From an uncultured Solirubrobacterales bacterium (lineage in GTDB: Bacteria > Actinomycetota > Thermoleophilia > Solirubrobacterales > 70-9): DNA of 64,000 nt. Of the stretch, positions 38,124-49,070 are shown in pieces. The stretch is taken from NCBI GenBank assembly GCA_963823565.1, contig CAWGLR010000002.1, positions 102,978 through 166,977 on the forward strand, in the 5' to 3' direction. The notes under the pieces were generated by a model that was not told where the DNA came from, searched no databases, and saw nothing but the letters and a program-made list of their open reading frames with translations. How positions within the stretch are numbered: the stretch's first letter is position 1; each line of letters starts with the position of its first letter. The translations under genes were made by a program, and so were the position numbers.

Positions 38124-38486
38124 CTAGTCCTCGTACGGCTTGTACCGGTGGTGAAGCATCAGGTCGTTGCCATCGGGGTCGCGGAACAGCGCCATGTGGC
38201 AGACCCCGGTGTCGAAGATGTCGCCGAGGAACTCGACGTCCTTTGCCTCGAGCTCCTTCTTCGCCTCGGCGACGTCGTCGACGTGGATGGCGGGATGGGC
38301 ATTCCGGGACGGCTCGAATGAGCCCATGATCTTCTCCGGCTCCCAGATCCCGAAGCAGGTGTCCCCGATCCAGAACTCGTAGCGCGAGTGCTCGTCGGGG
38401 CGCAGGCCGAGCGTGTCGACGTAGAAGGCCCTGGTCCGGTCCGGGTCGGTCGAGGGAACGCCGATGAAGTCGAGGTCGCGCGCCAT
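38124..38486 (-). CDS. VOC/glyoxalase-family protein
   Basis: 120 aa from MARDLDFIGVPSTDPDRTRAFYVDTLGL...HMALFRDPDGNDLMLHH. The start shares one base with the upstream stop (TGATG). Confidence 0.8.
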   Translation of the reverse strand: MARDLDFIGVPSTDPDRTRAFYVDTLGLRPDEHSRYEFWIGDTCFGIWEPEKIMGSFEPSRNAHPAIHVDDVAEAKKELEAKDVEFLGDIFDTGVCHMALFRDPDGNDLMLHHRYKPYED

Positions 38487-39037
38487 CAGCCGGTCTTCTC
38501 GAGGCTCGACTGGAGCTGGTCGCATGCGTCCTTGACCTCGTCCTCGTGGTCGGAGGTCCACTGGCAGTTGATGAAGTACTCCGAGGTCCCGTCGAACAGC
38601 GCGATGATGTTCGTCTCGGCACCGGAGGGATCGCTGACCGGCACCCCCTCGAAGCTGACCGACGGGTAGCCGCCGACGTCTCCGACGGTCCCGCTCGCCG
38701 ATGGGTCGGCCTGGCCGATCAGCCGATCGAGAGCGGCCTTCGCCTGATCGATGTTCTTATCGGTGATCGGCTCCGACGTCGTGTAGGTCGCCAGGAAGAT
38801 GCCGTTGTTGTCGGCCGGCCCGACGCCCTTGAGGTTCGACGCGTTCCCCGAGCCGACCTCGTTGTTGACGCTGATGTCGGAGGCGTCGCCCCAGTCGCCC
38901 GGGTACTCGAAGGTGAACGGGTAGCCGTCCTCCTCGAAGGTCGCCGTGTCGGAGGAGGACGAATCGTCGCCGCAGGCGGTCAGTGCGAGCGCGGCGAGGG
39001 TGAGCAAAAGGGCGAAGGGAATGACGAGCTTCTTCAT
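38486..39037 (-). CDS. Lipoprotein of unknown function
   Basis: MKKLVIPFALLLTLAALALTACGDDSS carries the lipobox LTAC. Intact 183 aa, acidic mature domain. Confidence 0.8.
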   Translation of the reverse strand: MKKLVIPFALLLTLAALALTACGDDSSSSDTATFEEDGYPFTFEYPGDWGDASDISVNNEVGSGNASNLKGVGPADNNGIFLATYTTSEPITDKNIDQAKAALDRLIGQADPSASGTVGDVGGYPSVSFEGVPVSDPSGAETNIIALFDGTSEYFINCQWTSDHEDEVKDACDQLQSSLEKTG

Positions 39038-39057
39038 GCGCCCAACACTATTGGAGG

Positions 39058-39461
39058 ATCAGGCCTCGGCGTCGAGCGCCTGGTTGACGAGCGCGTCGGC
39101 CTCGGCGTTCTGCGCGCGCTTGACGTGGCGGATCTGCCACTCGGCGAAGTCGCCCAGCGCCTTCTGCGCGGCCGAGTGCAGCGGCCGCAGGCCGGCGTCC
39201 TTGACGCGGTACTCGCCCCGCACCTGCTTGACGACCAGCTCGGAGTCGCCGACGAGCTCGAGCTCGGTGGCGCCGAGCTCGTTCGCCCTCTCGATCCCGA
39301 AGCATCAGCGCCCGGTACTCGGCGACGTTGTTGGTCGCCCGCCCGATCGTCTCGTGGGCCTCGTGGATGACCTCGCCGTCGGCGTCGCTGACGACGGCGG
39401 CGATCGCCGCCGGGCCGGGGTTGCCGCGCGCGCCCGCCGTCGACGTGGACGGTCAGCCTCA
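39058..39461 (-). pseudogene. rnhA: Ribonuclease HI-family protein, two +1 disruptions (about 39425 and about 39300)
   Basis: Spliced by eye: VRLTVHVDGG|ARGNPGPAAIAAVVSDADGEVIHEAHETIGRATNNVAEYRALML|GIERANELGATELELVGDSELVVKQVRGEYRVKD...NAEADALVNQALDAEA. The span is 404 nt (3n+2). The GTG overlaps the upstream stop. Confidence 0.75.
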
Positions 39462-40224
39462 CTGCGCGTCCACGTGCTCGCGGCGGCGGAAGCTCGCTCG
39501 TCGTGCCCTGGTGCAGGGTCCCGTCGGCGTCGACGGCGCAGGTTCCAGCGGCGATCCGCCGAGCGCAGCTGGTCGATCGTCTCCCCCTTGCCGGACTCGC
39601 GGACCTCCGGCCCACGCGGCCCCGGGGTCGACCTCCCACTGGTACCAGGTGAGCTCCCAGGCGACGGTCAGCCGGACGCCGGGGGACCCGCTCTTGGAGC
39701 GGATCGCGACGCGCGGTCGCCCGCGGCGGACCGAGGGTCCGAGTCAGGCCGGCGACGGTGCGGCGGTGGTTGCGAGGCGTTGAAGGCGGTGAGCGCCTCG
39801 GGAAGGGTGGTCGCCGGTCTCGTCGGCGCGGAGGCTCCGGCGGCCCGGTCCGCGCGCCGGGACGGGCGCCTCGGCGGCGGGCGGCTCGGGAGCGGCGGCG
39901 GGCGGGCGGCGGCGGGATCGGGCGGGTGCCTGGCGGCTCGGCGGGCTCCTCGCGCTCGTCCGGCGGCGCGGGGAAGCGGGACAGCAGGCCGCTGAGCACC
40001 TGCCCGCGGGGCCGGCGGCGCTCGCGGCCCGGCCCCGGCGGCGCGCGGGCCTCGGCCTCGTCGGGGCGCAGCCACCCGGCCGCCTCGGCGCGGGGCCTGC
40101 AGAGCTCGCAGACGGTCGACCTCGGCGCCGTCGCGGGTCACGAAGTCGAGTCGGGCGCTCGCCGGGCAGCAGGCGGCGCCCGCAGACCGGCGCAGCTGGG
40201 GTCGATGGGGGCCTCGTCGTCCAT
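39459..40224 (-). pseudogene. Hypothetical Pro/Arg-rich protein upstream of rnhA, frame uncertain or disrupted
   Basis: ATG at 40224 (MDDEAPIDPSC...). Fragments such as DFVTRDGAEVDRLR, VRLTVAWELTWYQWEVD and ETIDQLRSADRRWN are in different frames. The terminal frame ends HVDAQ-stop and overlaps the rnhA GTG. Confidence 0.3.
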
Positions 40225-40298
40225 CGCGGGCAGGTTAGATCACGCCCGGCCGGGCGCCGCCGGAGCGCATTGCCAAGCGGCTCCGTGAGACCGGCCGC

Positions 40299-42408
40299 TC
40301 AGCTCGCCAGGCGCTCGTCCGCGTCGCCGGCGGCGGCCACCTGCTCGGCGAGGTGGGCCGGCAGCTCCTCGTAGCGCTCGAACGCGATCGTGTACTCGCC
40401 GCGGCCGCCCGTGATCGCGCGCAGGTCGCGGCGCGTAGTCGAGGACCTCGGCCATCGGCACCTCGGCGTCGATCCGGGTGATCGCCGGGCTTCGGCTCCA
40501 TGCCCGAGCGGATGGCCGCGGCGCGAGCTGAGGTCGCCGATCACGTCGCCGACCGACGTCCTCGGGAACGCTGATCTCCAGCTGGACGATCGGCTCCAGC
40601 AGCGCCGGATCGGCCTTCGCCATCGCCTCCTTGAAGGCCATCGAGCCGCAGATCTTGAACGCCATCTCGGAGGAGTCGACGGTGTGGTGGGAGCCGTCGA
40701 AGAGCCGCACGCGCACGTCCTTGATCGGGTAGCCGGCGAGCTCGCCGTGCTGCATCGCCTCGGCGACGCCCTTCTCGACCGCGGGGATGAAGCCGCCGGG
40801 GATGACGCCGCCCTTGATCGCGTTCTCGAACACCAGCCCCTCGCCGGTCTCCACCGGCGCGATCTCGATCTGGCAGTCGGCGAACTGGCCGCGCCCGCCG
40901 GTCTGCTTCTTGTAGCGGGCGTGGGCCTGACGCGGGCTTGCGGATCGTCTCGACGTAGGGGACCTGCGGCGGCTTCAGCACGATCTCGGCGCCGAAGCGC
41001 TGCTTCATCCGCTCGACGCACCACCTCGACGTGGATCTGCGTCAGCCCGGCGATGATCTGCTCGCCGGTCTGCGGGTCGCGGTGGACGTCGAGGTCGGGT
41101 CCTCCTCGCGCAGCCGCCGGATCGCGGTCGCCGCCTTCTCCTCGTCGCCCTTGCTCTTCGCCTCGTAGGCGAAGGCCATCACCGGCGCCGGCAGGTCGAC
41201 CCGCGGCGCGGCGAGGCTCGCGCTGGCTCCTCGCAGAGCGAGGTCGCCCGCCGTCGGTCTCCTTCAGCTTCGCGACCACGCCGATGTCGCCCGGCACCGA
41301 GCTCGTCGAGCGGCGGTCGAGCTCCTTGCCGTGCGGCTCGGCGAGCTGCCCGACCCGCTCGCTTGGCGCCGTTGGCGAGGTTGTGGAGGTGGCTGTCGGA
41401 GCGCAGGGTCCCCGAGAGCGACCCGCAGCACGTTGAGCCGCCCGGTGTACGGGTCGGCGGTCGTCTTGAAGACGTGGGCGATCAGCTGGCGCCGTCCTCG
41501 TCGGGCTCGATCTCGACCGTCTCGCCGTCGCCGTCGAGCAGCGTCCGCGGCCCGCGCATCGCCGGCGAGGGCAGGTCCTCGACGAGCGCCTCGAGCAGCC
41601 GCCCGGTGCCGAGGTTGCGGGTCGCGATCCCGCAGGTCACCGGGAACAGGTGGCCCTCGGTCACGCCGCGCTTGAGCGCGGTCACCGTCTCGTCGTGGGA
41701 GATCTCGTCGCCCTCGAGGTAGCGCTCCATCAGCTCGTCGGAGTTCTCGGCGACCTCGTCCATCAGCTTCTCGCGGTACTCGGCCGCCCGCTCCGCCAGC
41801 TCCTCGGGGATCTCGGCCTCGACCTCTCCCCCGCGCCCGTCGCCCTCGTGGACGAAGGCCTTCATGTCGATCAGGTCGATCACGCCCGCCGATCTCGTGC
41901 TCGGCTGCCGATCGGGATCTCGGTGGCGACGACGTGGGAGCCGAACGACTGCCTGCAGCGACTCCAGCGTCGCGAAGAAGTCGGCCCGCTCGCGGTCGAG
42001 CATGTTCACGTAGACGAGCCGCGGCAGCCCCGTCGCGTCGGCCCGCTGCCAGAGCCGCTCGGTGTGGACCTGGACGCCGTCGACGGCGCTGACCACGACG
42101 ACCGCCGAGTCGACCACCGCCAGCGCGTTCGAGCGCCTCGGCGACGAAGCTCGCGTCCCCCGGGGTGTCGATCACGTTGAGCTTGCGCCCGTGATGCTCG
42201 AAGCGAGCAGATCGACGCGCCGATCGACATCCCCCGCTCCTGCTCGTCGGGCTCGAAGTCGCAGACGGTCGTCCCCTGCTCGGCGCGCCCGAGCCGGTTG
42301 ATCGATCCCCGCCTCGAACAGCATCGCCTCGGCCAGCGAGGTCTTCCCGCAGCCGCGATGCCCGATCAGCGCGACGTTGCGGATCCGATCGGCCGCCTTG
42401 TGCGACAT
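40299..42408 (-). pseudogene. Elongation factor G paralog (EF-G-like/fusA2-type GTPase), many frame disruptions
   Basis: MSHKAADRIRNVALIGHRGCGKTSLAEAMLFEAG is the G1 motif. VIDTPGDASFVAEAL, VVVVSAVDGVQVHTERLWQRADATGLPRLVYVNMLD, GHLFPVTCGIATRNLG, VFENAIKGGVIPGGFIPAVEKG...DGSHHTVDSSEMAFK and GGRGEYTIAFERYEELP are scattered over all three frames. Confidence 0.85.
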
Positions 42409-42437
42409 GCACGCGATCAGTTATGTCACCAGGCGCG

Positions 42438-43252
42438 TCAAGCGCGGGCCGGCGCGGGCTGGTCCTCAGTCGTCGCCGTCGTCTGCAGGTGGCTGCGCAT
42501 GCCCGAGCACCGCCTTCGTGTGGAGCTGGCGAGACGCGCGACTCGGTGACGCCGAGGACCTCGCCGATCTCGCGCAGGGTCAGCGTTCTCGTAGTAGTAG
42601 AGGGCGATGACGAGGCGCTCGCGGTCGGGCAGCGACTCGATCGCCTCGGCGAGGCGGTCCTTGAGCTCGACGGTGTCGATCGCCTCCTCGGGATCGACCG
42701 CGTGCGGGTCGCGGATCGTGTCGAGCAGGGAGACCTGGCCGCCGTCGCCGTCGGAGACGGTCCAGAGGTCGTCGAGGGCGAGCACCGAGGAGTTGGCGAT
42801 CTCGAGCAGGGTGTTGCGGAAGTCCTCGACGGCGACGCCGAGCTTCGTCGGCCATCTCCTCCTCGGTCGGCGCCCGGCCGAGCTGGTTCTCGAGCTGCGA
42901 GTGGATCTTCTCGACGTCGCGGGCCTTCGAGCGGACCGAGCGGGGAACCCAGTCGAGCGAGCGCAGCTCGTCGATGATCGCGCCCTTGATCCGGGAGACG
43001 GCGAAGGTCTCGAACTTGATCTCGCGGTCGAGGTCGTAGCGCTCGATCGAGCCGATCAGGCCGATCAGGCCGTAGGAGATCAGGTCGCCCTCGTCGACGT
43101 GCGAGGGCAGGCCCGGCGGCCATGCGGCCGGCGACGTACTTGACCAGCGGCGAGTAGGCGACGACGAGCCGCTCTCGGGCGCGCTCATCGCCCTCCTCCT
43201 TGCAGCGGCGCCAGAGCTCCTTCAGCTCGACGGCTTTGACGTTGGTCTCCAT
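42438..43252 (-). pseudogene. FliA/WhiG-family RNA polymerase sigma factor, several frame disruptions
   Basis: METNVKAVELKELWRRCKEEGDERARERLVVAYSPLVKYVAGRMA. Region 2: DLISYGLIGLIGSIERYDLDREIKFETFAVSRIKGAIIDELR. Region 4.2: LTLREIGEVLGVTESRVSQLHTKA. Pieces lie in three frames. Confidence 0.8.
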
Positions 43253-43309
43253 CGATCCTTCCCTTGCGCCTCGTACGTTAGTCCAGCCGATACCGCTGCG
43301 GTTGCACCT

Positions 43310-44236
43310 TCAGGCCCGCGGGTGCGCGCCCGCGTAGGCCTCGCGCAGCCGGCGCGGCTCCACCCGCGTGTAGATCTGGGTGGTCGAGATGCTCGCGTGC
43401 CCGAGCAGCTCCTGGATCGAGCGCAGGTCCGCGCCCGCCCTCGAGCATGTGGGTCGCGAAGGAGTGCCGCAGCGCGTGCGGCGAGACCCGGCCCGGCGAT
43501 CGCCGCCTCGCCGCACCCACAAGCCGAGCCGGCGCGTCACGTCCGAGGGCGAGAGCCGCCGGCCGCTCTTGGAGACGAGCAGGGCCGGCTCCTCAGCGCC
43601 GGCGACCAGGGCCGGGCGGGCGCGCTCGACGTAGGCGGCGACGGCCCGCTGGGCGGGCTCGCCGAGCGGGACGATCCGCTCCTTGCCGCCCTTGCCGCGC
43701 ACGCGCACGGTCTCGCCCTCGAAGTCGACCGAGCGCAGATCGAGGGCGACGAGCTCCGCGCAGCGCAGGCCCGAGGAGTAGGCGAGCTCGAGCATCGCCC
43801 GGTCGCGCGCCTCGAGCGGCTTGCGTCGCGGGGATGCGCTCGAGCAGCGTCGCGCACCTCGTCGCGATCGAGGACGCGCGGCAGGCGCGACTCCGAGCGC
43901 GGGTTCGGCAGCAGCTCGGCCGGGTTCTGCGATGCGGTGCCGGCTGCGGGTCATGTGCTCGAAGAGGCCGCGGGCGGCGGCGAGCTTGCGGCCGACGCTC
44001 GAGCGCTCGAGGCCGCGGTGGCCGAGCGCGGCGGCGTAGCCGCGCAGCTGCCGGTAGGAGAGCTCGGCGGGATCGGCGATGCCCGACGCGCGGTCGCCCA
44101 GGCGGCGAGCTCGCGGAGGTCGCTCGCGTAGGCGCGCAGCGTGTTCGGCGAGGCCTGGCGGGTCGACGAGCTCGCGCTCGTAGCCGCTCGATCGCCGCGC
44201 TCCAGGCAGGGGCGTTGATCGACGGTCTTCGTCCAT
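43310..44236 (-). pseudogene. xerC: Tyrosine recombinase XerC/XerD, several frame disruptions (start approximate)
   Basis: SPNTLRAYASDLRELAAW, YRQLRGYAAALGHRGLERSSVGRKLAAARGLF, RDRAMLELAYSSGLRCAELVALDL, VRGKGGKERIVPLG, SPHALRHSFATHMLEGG and LLGHASISTTQIYTRV (catalytic R..HxxR..Y set) are spread across frames. Confidence 0.82.
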
Positions 44237-44295
44237 CCGTGGACCAAGAGTTCGCGGCATCCGGGCTCGCGACCCTCCCCGGCGGCGGGTCGTGC

Positions 44296-45336
44296 TCAGC
44301 CGATGTAGATCGGCGTGCCGACGTCGACCCTGGTCGTAGAGGTCGATCACGTCGTCGACCGCCATCCGCACGCAGCCGTGGGAGGCGGCGCTGCCGAGCG
44401 AGCCGTGTCGTCGGTGCCGTGGATGCCGGCGCCGTCGTAGATGCCCATCCAGCGCGCCTTGAGCGGGTTCTCGGGGCCCGGGCGGGATGGTCTGCCCGGC
44501 GAGGCTCGCCGGCCCAGTCGGAGTCGGGGACGTTCCAGATCGGGTCGACCTGCTTGTTCTGGATCGCGTACTCGCCGACCGGCGTGTCGAAGCCCGCGGC
44601 GCCGATCGCGACGGTGTACTCCTTCTCGAGCTTCAGGTCCTTGTAGAGGCTGAGCGTGAAGTTGGAGCGGTCGACGACGATGTAGGTCGGGTACTTCTCG
44701 GCGACCTCCGCCGTCGTCACCTCGGGCTGGACCTTCTCGACCGTCGGCCTCGATCTTTCGCGAGGCCGGGTCGTAGAGCGCCTTCTCGATGTGCGTCGCG
44801 CAGCTTCGCCGTCGTCGACCTCGATCCCGAGCTGCGGCGGCGACCGGCTGCAGCGACGCCACCGCTCGGGTCGATGCTCGCGTCGACCGGCGCTTGGTCG
44901 ATGTTCGTGCTCGATGTGGTTGACGAAGTGGTCGACCTCGTCCTCGTCGTAGGCGATCTTCGGGGCGATCTGGTGATCGACCTCCTCGCCGGTGATCCCG
45001 CGCCAGATGCGGACGGCAGGCCGCCCTCCTGGGAGACCTCGAGCGCCTCGTCGACCATCGCGTCGATGTCGGTGTGGACGTCGGCCTCCTTGTCGGTCAG
45101 CTCGAAGGTCTCGTCGCCGTAGGTGACCGTGAGGGTCTTCTCGAGCGGCGCGACGAGGTTGGTCCGCACCTGCGAGGCGGCCGCGTCGGACTCGAGCCCG
45201 CCGACGTCGACGCCGCCGATCGTCACGCCCTCGGCGATCGTGTCCTTGTGGGTCGAGTCCCACCAGTACGCGAGCAGCACGCCGACGATCGCCGGAAGAC
45301 GATCGGCACGATCGAGATCTGTGCTTTCCGCCCCAT
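44296..45336 (-). pseudogene. L,D-transpeptidase (YkuD domain) with N-terminal scaffold domain, many frame disruptions
   Basis: MGRKAQISIVPIV...LLAYWWDSTHKDTIAEGVTIGGVDVGG is a TM span plus a PG-binding-like domain. YkuD core: YIVVDRSNFTLSLYKDLKLEKEYTVAIGAAGFDTPVGEY, NPLKARWMGIYDGAGIHGT, SHGCVRM. C-terminus DVGTPIYIG. Confidence 0.77.
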
Positions 45337-45501
45337 CGGTGGATGAACGCCTCCCGGGCGACTCCGGATCAGATCGGAAGGCGAACGTACGCCCGACTTC
45401 CCTTTGTGAAGTGTAGGCAGGACGCCAGGCACGGCTCGTCCGGAGCGAGTACGTGCAATCGCGGTTGCGCGGTCCGTGGCCACCGCGGGCCCCGAGACGG
45501 C

Positions 45502-46620
45502 TCAGATGCCGAACGGCTCCCGCTCGGTCCCTGATTGCTCCTCGGCTGAGGGCTCGGGGGGCCGGGTCAGCGGGCTCCGGCGCAGGAATCGCTCGACCTC
45601 TCCCTCGTAGGTGTAGGGACTGCTCGATCCCGCGCAGGATCGGGTGCAGCCGCAGATGCTTGGCGAATGCCTGGACGGTCTCCGCGAGACGTGTAGCCGT
45701 ACTCGAAGCCGCTCGCCTTGTAGCGGCGGTTGTCGAGGCCGCGGCCGAAGCGGAGCTGGTTGAGCATCTCGTCGGGGATCCGCACGCCCAGGCGAGCGCA
45801 GCGGGCCGGCGACCGCTCCGGCCCCCCACGGCGGGCAGTACCGGCGCGATCCGCTTGCCGAGCAGGCCCGATCGCCTCCGAGAGCGCGAGGACTCCGTCG
45901 CCGGCGACGTTGTAGACGCCGGGAACGCGGTGGATCGGCCGCGTGCTCGAGCGCGTGGACGACGTCGTCCTCGTGCACGAACTGGCATCGCGGGTCGAAG
46001 CCGAGGACGCATCGGGGACGATCGGCAGCCCGAACATCCGCGAGAAGGCCGTCTGCACGTCGGGCCCGAGCACGTAGGTGCAGCGCAGCACGGTGACGTC
46101 GACTTCGGGCTGCTTCAGCGCGAAGTCGACGACGGCGGCCTCGGCGTCGACGACGTCGCGCTCGATCGCGGTTCGCCGGCCGGTGGGAGCGGCGCATCGA
46201 CTCGGTGAAGAAGGCCGGGTCGTCCTGCTCGCAGCCGTAGACGTGCGCGGAGGACTTGAAGATGAACTTCCGCACCGGGGAGTCCGGGCCGCTGCACGCG
46301 GCGAGGACGTTCATCGTCCCGATCACGTTGTTCTCGTGCGCCTCCCGCGCGGCTCGTCGTCGTCGAGTCGACGACCAGGCGGGTGTCGATCACGGTGTCG
46401 ATCCGCGCCGCCTTGACGATCCGCTGGATCAGCCCGTGCTGGTTGGAGACCTTGACGAACTCGGTTCGCTCGAGCTCCGTCGTCGGGTTCTCGCTGTCGA
46501 CGCCGACGATCGCCTCGATCTCGGCGAACGCCTCCAGCGCCTTCGCGAGCCGGCCTCCCCAGTAGCTGGACAGGCCGGTGATCAGGACGCGACGGGCCGG
46601 TGCGGCTCGGTGCCGCTCAT
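45502..46620 (-). pseudogene. NAD-dependent epimerase/dehydratase (extended SDR), many frame disruptions
   Basis: VLITGLSSYWGGRLAKAL is the Rossmann motif. NVIGTMNVLAACSG...KFIFKSSAHVYG, VLRCTYVLGP, FVHEDDVVHALEHA and VYNVAGDG lie in alternating frames. ATGA overlap with the upstream gene. Confidence 0.75.
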
Positions 46621-47530
46621 CCCAGCCACACCGACTTCCGCTCGGCGACCATCTCGTGCAGCCCCTCCTGGATCCGCGCCCGCACCTCCTGGGCGACGGT
46701 CTGGACCAGGGCCTTGTCCTCGGCCGGGTCGTTGCCCATCCTGGTCGTGTCGATCGGCTCCAGGAAGCGGATCTTGAACTTCGCCGGCAGGTAGCCGAGC
46801 ATCCCCGCCGGACCGAGCCACGGGAACGTCGGCGTGATCGGGAAGTAGAGGAGCCCGGTCAGCCGCTGCATCAGCTTCGACTGCGCGAAGACCGGCGCCG
46901 CCTCCTCGGCGCCGACGACGCAGACGGGCACCAGCTGCGCGCTGCCCGCGCATCGCCGCCTCGACGAACCCGCCGCGGCCGAAGCGCTGGACCCGGTAGC
47001 GGTCCTTGACGAGCTTCTCGGTCCCCTTGCGCCCCTCGGGGAAGACGAGCACGAGCTGCTCCTCGTCGTAGAGCAGCCGGTGGACGTTGGCCGGGTGCGC
47101 GGGGACGCAGCCGATCTTCGGAAGCAGCTGGCGAGAACCCGGGATAGCCCTTGAAGAAGTGCTCGACCGTCATGTAGAGCGGGCGCGGCTCGGGGTGCTC
47201 CTCGCGGATCGCCTTGCCGATGATCGCGGCGTCGGGCGGCAGGGCGCCGGCATGGTTGGAGACGAGCAGCGCGCCGCCCGCGGAGGGGACGTTCTCGATG
47301 CCCTCGACCTCGCAGCGGAACCAGTAGCGGTAGAAGAAGTTGACCAGGGTCGCGTCGAAGACGCCCTCGACCCGCTCCGAGCGCCCCCAGTCGTCGAGGT
47401 TCCGGTCGGGCTCCACGGCCGGGAGCAGCTGCCGCATCCGCTCGCGCTCGGGGACGTCGAGCTCGCCGCGCCGCTCCTCCACCCCGGGAGGCGGCCCGGG
47501 GGCGAGTGATGTTCGCCGGGGCCCGGCCAT
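46617..47530 (-). pseudogene. PlsC-family (lysophospholipid/1-acylglycerol-3-phosphate) acyltransferase, about 3 frame disruptions
   Basis: LLVSNHAGALPPDAAI is the HX4D-type block. LVLVFPEGRKGTEK is the FPEG block. VPVCVVGAEEAAPVF...LLYFPITPTFPWLGPAG...IRFLEPI. Three frames are used. Confidence 0.75.
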
Positions 47531-47580
47531 CAGCGGCGTCTCGTCCGGGCGCTCGGAGGTGCGGGATCGGTCATTCGACG

Positions 47581-48594
47581 ATGATCGCAAGAGTCGGCCT
47601 GGGTAGCCTGCCCGGCGTGAGCACGGCGCCGGCCACCCGCCCGCGGCCGCCGAGGGCGGTCACCTATCCCTACCGGCGGATCGAGCCCGTGGAGGCCACC
47701 CCGCCCGACGGCCCCGATCCCTACGGCAACCCCGACGACCCGCCGGCGTGGATGACCGTCGACTGGGCGTCGCGCCTGGGCGAGGTCGATGTCTGCGGCA
47801 CGCGGGTCCGCTACGCATCCCTCGGGGAGGGTCCGCCGATCGTCTTCGTCCACGGCCTCGGTGGGAGCTGGCAGAACTGGCTGGAGAACATGCCGCGGAT
47901 GGCCGAGCTCGGCTATCGCGCCGTCGCGCTCGACCTGCCGGGCTTCGGGGCGAGCCCGATGCCCCCGTGGCCGATCTCGATCTCGCGCTATGGCGAGGTC
48001 CTCGGCGAGTTCTGCAAGGAGCTGGGGCTGCCCGCCTGCACCCTCGTCGGCAATTCGATGGGCGGGTTCGTCGCCTCCGAGGTCGCGGTCGGCGAGCCCC
48101 AGTGGGTCGACCGCATCGTGCTCGTCTCCGCCGCCGGCATCAGCCACGCGACGATGCGGCGCGAGCCGGTGCTCGCGGGCGCGCGGCTAACCGCCCTCGC
48201 GAACCCGCTGCTCTTCCGGCTCGACATGCCCGCGATGCGCCGCCCGGGCCTGCGCAAGCTCGCCTTCGCCGGCGTCATGCGGCACCCGGAGCTGATCCGG
48301 CGCGAGCTGCTTGTCGAGTTCCTCGAGCCGGCCCTCGGCGCGCCGGGCTTCCTCCCGGCGACAGCCGCCCTCGTCGGCTACGACCTGCTCGACCATCTCG
48401 AGCGGATCCGGGTGCCGACGCTGGTCGTCTGGGGGCGCGACGACCTGGTGGTCCCCGCCCGGGACGCGACCGGCTTCGTCGAGCGCATCCGCGACAGCCG
48501 GCTCGTCGTCTTCGGCGACTGCGGCCACGTGCCGATGGCCGAGCGCCCGGTCCGCTTCAACCGGCTGCTGGCCGGCTTCTGCGGCGAGGGCTGA
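47581..48594 (+). CDS. Alpha/beta-fold hydrolase
   Basis: Intact. GPPIVFVHGLGGSWQNW, nucleophile elbow LVGNSMGGFVA, GRDDLVVP, and the catalytic-His region FGDCGHVPMAERP. Alternative starts are possible. Confidence 0.8.
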   Translation: MIARVGLGSLPGVSTAPATRPRPPRAVTYPYRRIEPVEATPPDGPDPYGNPDDPPAWMTVDWASRLGEVDVCGTRVRYASLGEGPPIVFVHGLGGSWQNWLENMPRMAELGYRAVALDLPGFGASPMPPWPISISRYGEVLGEFCKELGLPACTLVGNSMGGFVASEVAVGEPQWVDRIVLVSAAGISHATMRREPVLAGARLTALANPLLFRLDMPAMRRPGLRKLAFAGVMRHPELIRRELLVEFLEPALGAPGFLPATAALVGYDLLDHLERIRVPTLVVWGRDDLVVPARDATGFVERIRDSRLVVFGDCGHVPMAERPVRFNRLLAGFCGEG

Positions 48595-48596
48595 CC

Positions 48597-49070
48597 ATGC
48601 TGCTCCTCTACATCTGGCGGGCCAGCATGTGGTGCCACCGGCGCGGCTTCCGGATCGGCCAGCGCTTCCTGAAGACGCTGATGTTCCTCGGCTGGGGCGC
48701 GCTCCTCGATCCCGACGTCGAACTGGAGGGGCACGTCAACTTCGCCCACCGCGGCCTCGGGGTCGGGATCCACGGCAACACCCGGCTCGGCGACTGGGTG
48801 CAGATCTGGCAGCACGCGATGATCACCTCCAACAACGACAAGGGCTCCGGCCACGAGGTGTACGTCGCGCGCGGCGTCAGCATCGGCGCCTACGCGATCG
48901 TCCTCGGCCCGGCCGGCCGCTCGATCACGATCGGCGAGAACGCGCGGATCGGCGCCGGCGCGATCGTCGTCGACGACGTCCCGCCGGGCGCGGTGGTCGT
49001 CCCCGAGCCCTCGCGGGTCATCACCGCCGAGGAGTGGGAGGAGCGGCGCTCTAGCCGCTCCTCGGCCTGA
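48597..49070 (+). CDS. Left-handed beta-helix (hexapeptide-repeat) acetyltransferase, serine acetyltransferase-like
   Basis: 157 aa. Hexapeptide pattern in GVGIHGNTRLGDWVQIWQHAMI...VYVARGVSIGAYAIVLGPAGRSITIGENARIGAGAIVVDDVPPGAVVV. Confidence 0.68.
   Translation: MLLLYIWRASMWCHRRGFRIGQRFLKTLMFLGWGALLDPDVELEGHVNFAHRGLGVGIHGNTRLGDWVQIWQHAMITSNNDKGSGHEVYVARGVSIGAYAIVLGPAGRSITIGENARIGAGAIVVDDVPPGAVVVPEPSRVITAEEWEERRSSRSSA

Noticed and set aside
39290-47160. Programmed ribosomal frameshifting or recoding as an explanation for the frame changes
   Set aside because: There are far too many sites per gene, with no recurring slippery heptamer or downstream structure. The sites affect unrelated genes in contiguous blocks, and the direction of the shifts is mixed. 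This is consistent with indels, not recoding.
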